Shown here in pieces: positions 52,454 to 64,000 of a stretch of 64,000 bases of DNA. A program made the translations under genes and the position numbers. Under the pieces are notes generated by a model that saw nothing but the letters and a program-made list of their open reading frames with translations, was not told the origin of the DNA and searched no databases. The DNA is from Vicugna vicugna (Eukaryota): contig MU058781.1 of NCBI GenBank assembly GCA_013265495.1, positions 10,087,009 to 10,151,008 on the forward strand. The letters are read 5' to 3'. Position 1 is the stretch's first letter. Each line of letters starts with the position of its first letter.

Positions 52454-55400
52454 GTCTATGCCTCTCTAAACAATCAGTGAGACTGAATGGTCTGCCCTGA
52501 TATTCTATGATGTGGTATATTCCTCAGTGTAGAAACATTCACGTATCTGGAACAATGCTTAGAATAAGCATAGTGCCAGTGAAAAGGATTCATTTAGTCA
52601 ACAAATATTTATTGACTAAATATTTACATCCACTACATGATAGAAAACCGTGGCCTCTAGACACAGAAACTTGGAAAATAAGTTCTGGAGTGGTTTGGGG
52701 AGATCTAGAATCCAGTTGGGTCCAACAAACACCAGCTGTGTCAACTTAGGTAAGTCAGATTTCTAGACTTAGACAGCTCATTGTCTGATTCTCTGAACAC
52801 ACATCTTGCCGAATCTCGCCCCAGATTCTAACTGCACACCCAACACTTTCCCCCATTACAAGACTCTTAACATAGTCCGTTTACTTCTGCAACATTACTC
52901 TGACAATGTTCCTGGCCTAGTTTAGATTTAATTGCTTATGGCTCTCAGGTTTCAGTTTTCTGAGAACTGTTTTTCAAAATATTTTTGTCTCCTAATTTTG
53001 TGTTTGTTGTCCTGTTCTATCATGAGAGCATCATTTCTTTCCTTTACTTTCTAAACTCCTAGAAAATGCAACTTTGGGAGGCACATGCTTGGACCCATGA
53101 GCACTTTTGCATGAATAACTTCAGCAAGTGTTTGTCCACAGCCAGTGGGATTAAGCATGGTGGGACTGAGTCTCGGATCGCCTAACTTTGATAAGAGAGA
53201 GAAAGGAAAAGGAAACTCTGACAAGTAAATAACCGCAGAAAGGGAAAATGGGAAATTGCCAGATACATCTACAACTCAGATTTCTAGATGTTCACAGGAG
53301 AATTTAAGTTTCTGTCATCAAGAAAGCTTGAAAAATATTTTAAAAGAAAAAGCATATACCAAATAGAACTCAAATAATTATATGGATAAGTAACAGTTCA
53401 CTCTTGAAGTTAGTGGATCATAGAGTTTTATGGGAATCCAAAGCCTTGGAGGCCTCTTTGTGGGATGATTTCTCTATCAGTAAACACCCAGATGTAAAAC
53501 CTAAAAAGAGTGCCCTGAACTAATGTCCTTCTCCCATCCTTATTGTTATGAAAAGTTGTGATAACATTTCAAAATCTCAAATATTCTTATTCTGCTTAAT
53601 AGGGTGGAATAACTCACACCAGACAGATAGCTATGTCAGTCAATGGGTAGAAATACATTACGGAGTTTTAGGTCTCAAAAAACAAACAAACAAACAAAAC
53701 CCAGAAAGAATGAGTTACCCTAACTAAGGCTGACAACAGCAGCAGCACCTGCCCTGGCTGGCAGTTCTGTATTCAACCCACTCCCATTTTTATTTGTTTG
53801 TTTTTTAATAAAAATGATTACTTCTCACATGTTTCTATTCAAATAGGGACTGAGAAGTCAATAAATGCATTTATTCATTCAGTTGAGAAAAGCAATCCAA
53901 TTTTCCCAGTATGTGCATATGTGTTTGTGGTTTGCTAATTTTTTTTTTCTTTTTGAGAAATACATATGATGTAAGCTTCAAGGGTGGAAAATTTTACACA
54001 CTTATATAGTGAGGAAGTTTTATGGTAACCCTTTTGCATGTGTTTTTGGAGAAAATCTTTTTTTTTTTTTTTAAGATACTGCCTTAGCACCAAAGAATAC
54101 AAATAGCGTACTGTATTTGAAATCCTCTCGTTGGCTCTCCAAACGAGAATATGAGGTGACTGATTCTTTCTATGCCTCATCTTGGGGCTATGCTGATTCT
54201 ATATAAATACATCCTAGAAAACAGTGAGGGAGATACGCCGCTTGTGACCTTCCAAATCCATTCCACTTCCCTGCATGCTAGAATATATTTAAAACACATT
54301 ATATTTCCCCTCTGTGTTTTTTCACAGTTAATGAGACAGGCATTTCCATGGCTGACTTGCTGTTTTCATGGGTAGCAAGCATTCTGATTAGTATTCCAGA
54401 TATCAAGTTTACCAAATTTTATCCCGAATACAAAGTGCCATAGACATGAAAAGATTTTGCTCCTTGCTGTTTATATATTTCAAACGTCAAAATCACACTG
54501 ATCGTATTGTTAAATATGTAATGATTGCTCTGGTAGCTGGTGTTTCTTGTGAAATGTCCTTTGAACCAGTGTGTCTTAAAGGATTTTCATGCTAAATAGA
54601 AGCTGGAGAGATTTAAAAAAATAATAATCTCCTAGCATTAATCTCATATGCAAAACTGGAAAATAAAACCTGGCTTTGCACCAGGGAGAAGACAAGCTGC
54701 AGATTCATGACATTGAGACTTATGAGTTTCAGTTCCCATGATGTGTATTTTTTTTGCTGCTTTATACACAGCCAACCTTTAAACCCCCACCCCTGCCCCC
54801 ACTAAATGGAAGATAGTTGAAGGTAGTTTCATGTAAGCTGTGGGCAGGGTTTTCTAATTATTTTTGTGAAATTAACCAGACCTGATTAGCTTCCCAACCT
54901 CTAGCTTCACGAGGAAAATTGACCTAGCATTTCCAAAAAGAGGAATCTCAGTCATTTCTTTCTACCAGGAAGGACTTTCTCATATGGATTCATCTTAGAT
55001 CTTATGATGTTAAGGATGGGACCATAATAAATAAGATAAGTAAAATTCAGTAAAGTGATTGAAAGGAAAATGGAGGGAAAGGAGGAAAAATTAAGAAAAA
55101 AGGGAAAATGGTGTTGGAAATGGACATTTCCAAGGGGAGATGACAATGCAACAACATGTAGGTCACATGAATTTCTGTCACAGCTTCTAAAGATCAGCCA
55201 AAAACTACGCAATTTTTATTAAATTTAAATACTATATTCTGCGTGAAAATATGATAATTTCACTAATAGATACATTTTATTTGTAAGCCTAGATTTCATT
55301 CTTAATTAGTTTAACACTAATATTTTGAGTTGGATGCACTGTAAACCCTAGGCTGAGAGCACCTGCAGCTAATTGAATATCCAGGACCTACACTGACATC

Positions 55401-55699
55401 GCGTGTGCCAGTTGAGCTATTTGCCAGATCTGATGAACTTTTCTTTTCCTGTTGAGAATTTCCCAGAAAGGAATATATTCAATTCCGTCTGGCGTACTAT
55501 AACTGACACCTTTAGCTCAAAGATAAGTTTGATAGGAGATGTAAGGGTACATTGCTGATTGGCCACCTCGTTAACATTTAACAGTAGGTGCTGGTTTTAG
55601 CAGTGAGCATGGGTATTGTTCTGCCTGGAGTCTTTTTTTTTTTTTCAGGTTAATCTCCGCATCTCCATATTTGTAATTTATTTATATCTGTAAAAGTTC

Positions 55700-55935
55700 T
55701 TTTTTCAATTTTTTTTATTTTTAAAAATATTTTATTGACATATAGTCAGTTTACAATGTTGTGTCAATTTCTGGTGTCCAGCGCAATACTTCAGTCATAT
55801 AGGAACATATTTTTGTTTTCATATTATTTTTACCATAAGTTACTACAAGTTACTGAATAGAGTTCCCTGTGCTCTACAGTATAAACTGTTGTTTGTCTAT
55901 TTTACATATAGTAGTTAGTATCTGCAAATCTCAGG
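55700..55935 (-). mobile_element. L1 3'UTR fragment
   Basis: tttattgacatatagtcagtttacaatgttgtgtcaatttctggtg...agttccctgtgctctacagt; poly-T head. Confidence 0.82.
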
Positions 55936-56114
55936 CTGGCTTATGGTTGGAAGACTCTAGAACTTCTGGAGAATAACTTATGCAGGACCTTCTCCTAACT
56001 ATAATTTCAGGTTAGATCCAGAGCAGACAATCAGCATGATGCCATTGTCTTTTTCAAAAAGTTCGTTACACAGATGGGAAGGCAAATTGCTATTAGGAAG
56101 GAAATATACGTATT

Positions 56115-56630
56115 TCTATTATTTTTGTATTTAAAAGGCTTCACTGAGGGATAACTGACAAAATCGTAAGGTATTTTAAGTGTACAGTGTGATGACTTGA
56201 TGTACTTTAACATTGTGAAAGGATTCCCAGAATTGGGTTACTAATACGTTCATCATCACGTGTTAATTTTTTGTATGTGTTAGAACATTTAAGAGTCACT
56301 CTTTTCACAAATTTCAGTTACACAGTACGGTATTATCAAAACTATAGTCACCATGTTTTACATTAGATCCTCAGACCTTACTCTTATAACTGAAAGCTTG
56401 AACCTCTTTACCATCCTCTCAGCATCTCCCTTACTCCCCAGCCCCTGGCAACCACTTTTCTACTTTGTTTCTACAAGTTCAACTTTCTGTCTTTGCTCTT
56501 TTTTTGTTTAATTCTACATGTAAGTGGTATCATGAGGTGTTTGTCTTTCTCTTTCTGGCTTATTCCACTTAGCATAGTGCCTCCAGTTTTACCCATGTTT
56601 TCACAAATAGCAGAATTTCCTTCTTTTTTA
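56115..56630 (-). mobile_element. Older L1 (L1M-type) 3' fragment
   Basis: cccagcccctggcaaccact..., tttgtctttctctttctggcttattccacttagcata resembles the ORF2 end at about 18190. Confidence 0.8.
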
Positions 56631-56771
56631 AAGGAGATGCACATTAAAAAAAAAGAGAGAGATATGTGTCAGGATACAATGGCCCTAATGTGTCTTTAAA
56701 AATAAGAAACCTTGTTCTCATAGGCAGAATCAGGTCTATTATCTAAGGATTTGTCTTCCTATAGTACATCA

Positions 56772-56894
56772 AAAGGGAAGGAGAAAAAAAAGAGAAAGAG
56801 AGAAAGGAAGGGAGGGAGAGAAAGAGAGAGAGGGTTAGAAAGAAAGGAAAGAAGGAAGAAAGAAAAGAAGAAAGAACAAAAAGAGAAGAAAGAA
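56772..56894. repeat. GA-rich polypurine low-complexity tract
   Basis: Almost entirely A/G over about 120 bp. Confidence 0.88.
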
Positions 56895-59034
56895 TACTTA
56901 AGAATAAGCTACTTCCTGAAAATTATCCGAGTAGGTAAATTATAAAAGCAAAAAGGAAATCTAGATCTAGTCACATTTATATAAATTAGCATTCAGTTCT
57001 CTGTCAGCTCATTGGTGAGTTCTGTCATTCATTCATTCTTCCAGCCATGTGCAAAGAGCTAGGAGAATGGTAGGACAGAACTTGTCAGGTAAGGCAATGA
57101 TTTAAAACCACGAGAGGGATCCTGCCCTTAGCATGCTTGGGAATATTTGACTCTCAGCAAAATGATCTCCATGAAGTGCCTTCCAATAGCTGCTATTCAA
57201 ACAGCTCTCCTGATGTTTTGGGGACAAATAGATTCTGCTTTCTGTATTGAATATTTGTAAATTGGTTCCATGTCTCAGGCTTTGGCTTAAAAGCCACATG
57301 AGACAGAGCGAAGTATGAAAGAGGGTAGTCAGATTGAGAGAGAAAAGCAAAGAGAGGAACAGAGTCTCCACAGAGCTGTCGTTATTTTCTGTAAGCAACT
57401 GGCTCTCAGAAGCAACTGACACCCTCAGTCAGATGCTGAGCATGTGAGGTGGGAAGGCCAGGGCTGGCACCCCGCACGGAGTGTCATGCGTCTCCCCCGC
57501 GCAGGTGTTCCTACTCCAGAGGACTGCCAGCCAGCAATCCGATTCTCTGAAGGGATTATGCACAGTTGCCTCTTAGTTAAAATGGGACACTTATGCAAAC
57601 ACAGGAGCCACTGTTGTTAACTTTAGTTGTTCTCATTAACTCCCATCCTCTCTGGTTTAGAAATGAGAGAAGCAGATGTAGGCAAAGCAGGCCTGGCAAT
57701 TCTTGTTTTTCTACTTGTGAAAATTGGCACCCACAGTTTCTACACAGTGACTACCCAACTCTGAAATGATGCATGAAATGAAAAAAATGGAAACAATTTT
57801 TGCCCTGAATAGTCAGGTCACAGAAATTACAGACATGAGTTCACACAGCAAATCGTGATAAGTCTCCCCTTAGCTTCAGCCAAGAGTTAAGCCGACGATG
57901 GTGGGTCATCCCAATAAACCGAGTCAAAGAGAACAGAATGTCTGTCTCCCCTGATGCCCTATAATATGAATCTTCTCAAGCCTTCCGACCCATCCATCAG
58001 GTTTTCTTATCACCCACATTGCTTCCTGACTTTTTGCTTTCCCTTTTGCTGCATACCCTCTCGAAATATTCGATCTTTCACTTGTGTGCACTCCTCGCTT
58101 CTTCTTTCTACTTTTTCCTCTAAGATTCTTTATACTTAGCAGCTGCTCAGGAAGCATGTTGAAAGGAGGCAGAGTGGGAACGGGGTTCCGGAACTTCAGT
58201 ATTTCTTTAAAATACAGACATACCCAGGAGGCAACGGCACCAAAAGCTGCCTATCTTTAGATGCCGATGCACGTATTCTAAAGACAGAAAAGCTATGTCA
58301 TGTCACCATTGTTATGACTGTCAGTCAAATGTCTGCTAGGACACACTTGGGAAAGACCACTTTCCTGTGCTTGCCTGCTCACATGTGTGTACCCATAAAG
58401 CATGATCTGGATTACTCCCCAGATGTCTGTCTCTGTCTCCATCTCTGTCTCTCGAACTTAAAGAAAGAGATTAAAATGGAAGAGTAGGAGTCGTATTAGA
58501 GTATAACTTTGAAATTTATTTAGAAGAAGGGAAATGAAAAATTCATGCTAGCGATCTAAAGGCTGTATTTCTTGGAAGTTTTGCTGTCAGTTGTATACAT
58601 GAGGCTGAGGAAATGGGTTATACTCTCCATTGCTTCTCTTTCTTTAGGAGCCATTACTTGAGTTTCGAGAATTCTCAAGGTTTCCAGGAGAAGTATGGGA
58701 ATTGACATCGGGATACTGGCAAAGAGCTCTGACTGTGATACCTTCTAGTTATAGGAACTGTTGAAGTTTTCTTAACCTTTCTAAGCCTTGATTTTTTTTT
58801 TAACAAGGTAAAATTGGAACAAATCCCTTTTGAGAATTTTGTGAATTAAATGAGATGGAATGTGTTTGAGACTTTTTAAAATTAAGCAACTGTGCACAAA
58901 GAAGGTTATTACCTGCTTTACGATGCTTGCCCCTACTTCAATTTCAGATGGCTCGGCTGTGAGAATGTTGTTTTAACATCTTCAGATTTCACCACATTAG
59001 TTCATAACCGACATTTTCAAAGTGAGAATCTTAA

Positions 59035-59066
59035 GTCCTGCGTTCAATCTGTAGTACCTCCATTAA

Positions 59067-59129
<63 letters not shown>

Positions 59130-59180
59130 TAAATAAACCTAATTGCCTCCCTCCGCCAAAAAATAAAATGTAAAAAGAAA
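59035..59180 (+). mobile_element. 5'-truncated SINE of the same Vic-1-like family with internal (AAT)n expansion
   Basis: gtcctgcgttcaatctgtagtacctccattaaa...aaataaacctaattgcctccc matches the B-box half and tail of the 47.2 kb SINE. Confidence 0.78.
59067..59129. repeat. (AAT)21 microsatellite
   Basis: Perfect trinucleotide run read directly. Confidence 0.97.
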
Positions 59181-60354
59181 ATCAAGTCAATGGAAAGAAT
59201 CTATTTCATACCATGGAGAGGAGTGTAGAGTCCACGGCAAGTATATCTGAGCTCAAACCCCAATTTTGCTTTTTGACTCTGTTTCCCCATTTGTAAAATG
59301 TGCATAGTAATACTACCTCCAGCACAGGATGAGGACTCTGTGATGTAGAATGGTGCTTGGCACACGGAATGTGCTCCATTAAGCATTTGCTGAAATAAAA
59401 TAGAATAGAATAGAGTAAAATCAAAGCTTTTATTACCAAAACTGTTCTCATTGATTTTCTTATCAAGTATCTCAGGCTACGAATACCTTTGCTCTTGGAA
59501 CTTTTGCACAGAGATCAGCACTACAAGTTTCATATGGTTCCAATAAGATATGTGAATCCTTTCTATTCTTGCCTTCCCATCTCCAACAAACCACTTCCTG
59601 TGATTCATTTTTATTGGCAATCAAACATATGCTGTTCTAATGCATGTAGAATTTAATCAATTAATGGAGTTCAGTAGTCCATTTCCAGTTTCAAGTTTCT
59701 GAGAGGTACATTTTGCAAACACCTGAATATTTTGGAGGATTCTGGAGCAGCCTCACGTTACAGCACATGCTTAGTTTCAGTGGACAGAACAGAGAATGAT
59801 CAGGACAAAAGTATAATCTCTTCTCTTCCAAACATCCTTGGGCAGATGCTAATTCCCCACCGACTCAGTATCTTTATCTTAAATTTACATTTCCAAGCTA
59901 TTTTCAAAAATAATTTTGCAGAAAATTTGTTCATGGCTTTGGTGATGTTCCTCATGTATACTAGCTTCCTTCTGTACCATGCCCACCTCATTTCTCACAT
60001 TCCCAGGAATAAGCAACTATTTATGGCAGAAATATTTATTATTCAAACATAATATATTATTAAAAACCCTAACAACAGCAACAGCAAAAAGCAACAAGAA
60101 ATGAAAAAGGGAAGAGTGTATGTGTGTGTGTGTGTAGATACAAGAATAATTAATTAGTTCTCAGCCATTTCAATATTATAAAGGATGTTTTATACCAATA
60201 GTCATAGAACATTGTTAGCAAAACCGATCTTTTTATAACTAATATCATATTGAAAAATGTGAGTTAACTGATTCGTATTAAGAGTTAACGAGTTGGTCAT
60301 GCTTTAACAATTTCCACAGACGATACAAATGCAACCAAGTATGTTCTTTTGCCA

Positions 60355-60540
60355 TTGAATTCTCAAACTTTGGTCTGCGTCAGTATCACCTGGAAGGCTT
60401 GATAGACAGAGATTTGTGGGCATGTGCCCAGAATTTCTGACTCAGTAGATCTGGGGTGCAGCCCAAGAATTTGTGTTTGGCAAATGTTGCCCAGTTATGC
60501 TGTTGCCGCTGGTCTGGGGACCACATTTTAGAACCACTGT
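60355..60540. mobile_element. MER5A-like hAT DNA element
   Basis: ttctcaaacttt...atcacctggaaggcttg...tttctgactcagtagatctgggg...ggaccacattttagaaccactg. Confidence 0.78.
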
Positions 60541-60544
60541 CCCA

Positions 60545-62595
60545 TAGTTCTCTTGCAACAAAGGTAACCAAATTTTGCTGTGATGGACTGTGAACACTTA
60601 TTTGGCCCCTGTGAGTCACACCTCCTGGCATCAGTTCCCTTTGTGTGGGTGTGGGCTGTGGCTGTGACTTGTTTTAACCAGTAGAAGGAGGCAGAAATGA
60701 TGCTGCGCCAGTTCTGGACCTGGGCCTTCAGATAGCTTGGCTATCTTACTTTTTTACTTTTCTGCTCTTGGAAATCAGCCACTGTAGAAGTCTAACCACC
60801 CTGAGACCTTCATGTTTGGGAAAGTTCAAGATAAGCACATGGAGAACTAACATGAAAAAGCCCTGAGGAGCCCAGCCAACAGAGAAACCCAAGTTCCCAG
60901 GCAGACAGCCTCAGCTGGTCTCCCAAGAGCCAGCCAGCAACCAACCCACAACTTGTGGGTTGAGGGCGTTTTAAACCTGCTAACTATCAGTCAACACGAG
61001 GTAAAGCAGAAAAACTGCCAAGTCAACTGCTGATTGTGAGAAATAATAAGCTGTTGTTAAGTTTGGAGGTGTTTTTTTTTTTTTTTTTAAGGCAACAATA
61101 GAAAAATAAATGTCCTCAAGGAGACTTCTACTAAAGGCTTGGGAAAATAGGAAGAGTATTGCCATTGGCGGCTGGAGTAATTAGATCAGCAGGAAAATGA
61201 GTGCGTCTCCCATCAATAGTAAGGTGGATGATATACAGGATTCTTAACAAAATTACGGGTCTGGCTATGGAGATTTCCAAGCGGAATGTTGAAAGTACAA
61301 ATTAACTTTCTTTGATAAAGATAGGAGGAATGAGATACGATAATTTTAGTTTCAGTTTTCAAGTGATATTTAAAAGACAAAGAAGCCAGGATTTGCATCA
61401 TTTGGTTATAAAGCTGTTTCTTATTCTCAGCTTTTCCCATGTTGAATAATTCAGAAAATAGTAAATCGTCTGAGGGCAAAGATCAAATGGGGTTTCTGTC
61501 AGTAAAATGTGGGGTTTGCATTAGGTTCAGGTCTTAAGACACTTCGTTAATTCTTTTGGAAGATCTAAGGTGATGTTTGCTAGTTCCTCTCTGTTTGACA
61601 ATAGGGTTTCTGAGAATCTTAAGGAGGTACCAGATAGAGATCCTTAGCTAGAAAAAGAACTTCTAAGAACCATAGGACATTGTCCCATACCCAGAATTAG
61701 AGGAGGCTCTTTTGAAGAGATTTGTTGTTGTGACCTTTATCTATTTTATAGTAATAGGATGAACTCTAATAAGATTCACTGGAAATCTTCAAAACTTTTA
61801 AGATAATTGTATTAACAGAAGCACTGCCAACTGGAATTAAAAGGGACAGACATCATTCAAAATTAACAGCTTTATATTGGCAGGAAGTAGGTTGAGAAAC
61901 TCGCTTATCTACAAAAATGAGTTATTTATTATGGAAAAGGAAGGACAGAACAGAGGATGAAGCCATAAGTCTTGGAGTAACAACTGCCAGTCCTAATCAA
62001 GGAGCTATTTATGTTTACCAAAATAGATTTCATAGTTGCTTTGGACTGATAATTACTGTGTGCCTCCCATATTCCCTGTTTTTGGATGAAAGGGTTTATT
62101 ACGATTTTCTTGTCCCTGTTTTACAATTGTATGTTGAAGATATGAGGAAGAGATAAGTTCTCTTATTTTCTCACAAATCTTCAAATCAGGAGAATCCATG
62201 CCTTATGAACATCATCTGCGCCTAGATTTGATGTAGCGGATGAGAATCCGGACGTCAAACCTGACTATACAAGATGTGGTCTTGTGGGTTGTTGGAGGGA
62301 GTAAATATATTTTGTATGTGGAAAGGACTTGAATCATGGAGGGCCAGAAGACAGGTGACCCTAACAGTAGGAAGAGGACATGTGAGGAAACACTGTGGCC
62401 CTTGCTGGCAGCCCCGAGCTTCTAGCTGACAAGTGTCAACTTGTCAGAAAGTGAGTGAGCCATTATGGAAGTAGACCCTCTGACCCCAGCTGAGCCACCC
62501 CAACTGACACCCTGTCAAAGACAATTCAGCCCAAATTGCAGAATTGTAAGCAAATAAATTATTTGGGTGATTTGTTATGCAAGAGAGATTTGAAA
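60545..62595 (+). mobile_element. MaLR MLT1 remnant, probably LTR-internal-LTR
   Basis: Two LTR-end motifs (tgtgagaaataataagctgttgttaag...gcaacaataga near 61040-61100; aattgtaagcaaataaat...tttgttatgcaa near 62540-62590) around MLT1-internal-like sequence. Confidence 0.6.
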
Positions 62596-63724
62596 TGTTT
62601 TATCTCTAGAACAAAGACAGATTAGGGTCCATCCTAAAAACTTCCACCCCACCCTTCTTACTTTATTTTCAAGTCTACTATACTTCCAATTCTCTTTTAG
62701 GATCAAGTGGTTGAGTTATTGTGATTTTATTTGGGAGCACTAAATTCAACACCAAGGCAAGATTTTATTTATTCTTTTAACTACATGTAAGTTGTTCAAA
62801 GGAGCAAGAGAAATTCTTGACCCTTGGAAAATTCCAGGACTAAGTTAAGATTCTTCTTACTTTCCAAATATGGCTCTATTTTATCTTCTAACTATAAACC
62901 TGAATAAACATTTAATGTGAGATGTATTGTAGCATTGAACCGTCTGTTCTACTTAATTCCACATCATTCATTCATTCATCTTCACTTATGAATCCATCCA
63001 CCAATTTTTTATGCTTATTCCTTATTTATAAACCTATATTAAATATTGAGAGAAACACAAAATTGAAAATAATGTACTAATTCTGATGGATTTTTTTTAT
63101 CTAGTTGGTTTCAAGAGATCTAGGAGAAGTAAATTATTTTTGAACTTGATCACCTTAAATCTACTAGTTACTAAAAACGTTAAAAGAAGCAGATAGGAAA
63201 ATAGTATTTCTGGCACATTGTAGATTCCTTGCAAGTGTGTTTAATGCCTAATGAATGAGTAGATGAAGGGAGTAAATGAAATATCATCTGGATACTTAAT
63301 CTAAAGCCAGGAAGATAGAACAAATCCAGGGAAATTGTGTTTTGTAGATTGAGATGTGTTCTGCTGAGTTCAGGGCTGTTTTGCTTTGTCCCAGACTCAG
63401 GGATTTTCAGATTAGTAAATTGTTCTCTTTTACCTAGAAGCCAACCATATGAGAGAACACATGAAAAAAAGATCTTTACGTAGGGAAGAAGCAGCAAGCT
63501 CCTTCAAATGACCACATGAACTTATTTTTTAAAAAAAGACTTAAAGCCATTAAAGAGTCCTGTCCTCTGTTTGCAGTAAACTTAGTGACACTCTGTCTAG
63601 GAGACAAAGTAGAGGGTGGAAAAGACAGAACATCACAATTGAAGAGGATCCTGTGTTTTATTACTTGTGAAAAATAAATTCTATTTAAGTTTTTAAAATG
63701 TAAAAGCAGTGAAGGCAGTAGAAA

Positions 63725-64000
63725 TATTTTGGTTATGTACGGCTGTGTGCAAACAGCTCTGAAACTTAATGGCTTAAAACAACTGCTCTTTTATCATTTC
63801 TCATAATGGCACAAGGAAATGGTATGTGGTAGTGTCCAAATGGATTTTTTCACGAATGTGCCTCAGATGTGTGTATGGCCCCCAAATGGCTCAACTTGGG
63901 TCGCATATCTGGGACTTATTTCCGTTCTTTCAGCTGGGCTTGTCGGTCGTCCTCCAGTAGTGTCAGGGTTTCTGCTCCCCACATAGGTCTTACCACAGGG
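63725..64000 (-). mobile_element. MaLR LTR fragment running off the window end
   Basis: aaacttaatggcttaaaacaac...ttatcatttctcataat motif. Confidence 0.5.

Noticed and set aside
52231..52500. ORF with LSIY/PTYL repeats
   Set aside because: Translation of a tetranucleotide microsatellite
56751..56945. K/E/R-rich ORF
   Set aside because: Translation of a polypurine low-complexity tract
1..64000. Prokaryotic-type systems (CRISPR arrays, operons) and the remaining 60-115 aa ORFs
   Set aside because: The sequence is mammalian, with no repeat-spacer array; short ORFs, many with non-ATG starts, are at background frequency and show no recognisable domains

Overview
AT-rich mammalian genomic DNA, intergenic or intronic, with no host protein-coding gene I can recognise. 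Two tRNA-Ala-derived SINEs resembling camelid Vic-1 suggest a camelid (inference). The window is mostly a mosaic of old interspersed repeats (MIR, L2, CR1/L3, MLT1/MLT2 LTRs, MER5/Tigger DNA elements, L1 3' fragments) plus microsatellites. Repeat family names come from visual recognition and their boundaries are approximate. The standout is a 3.9 kb minus-strand LINE-1 at 17818-21698, flanked by a 12-bp target-site duplication at a canonical TTTT/AA site. It keeps what looks like its true 5' end (YY1 site, CpG-rich promoter with 59-bp repeats). That end is fused directly into an uninterrupted ORF2 reading frame, so ORF1 and most of the endonuclease domain are missing. The first in-frame ATG sits at the EN C-terminal boundary, so the copy could encode an EN-less, RT-intact ORF2p. 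Weaker leads: a CpG-dense pocket with two strong splice donors (32.3-32.5 kb), minus-strand exon-like unique segments (43.6-50.2 kb), and two short perfect inverted repeats.
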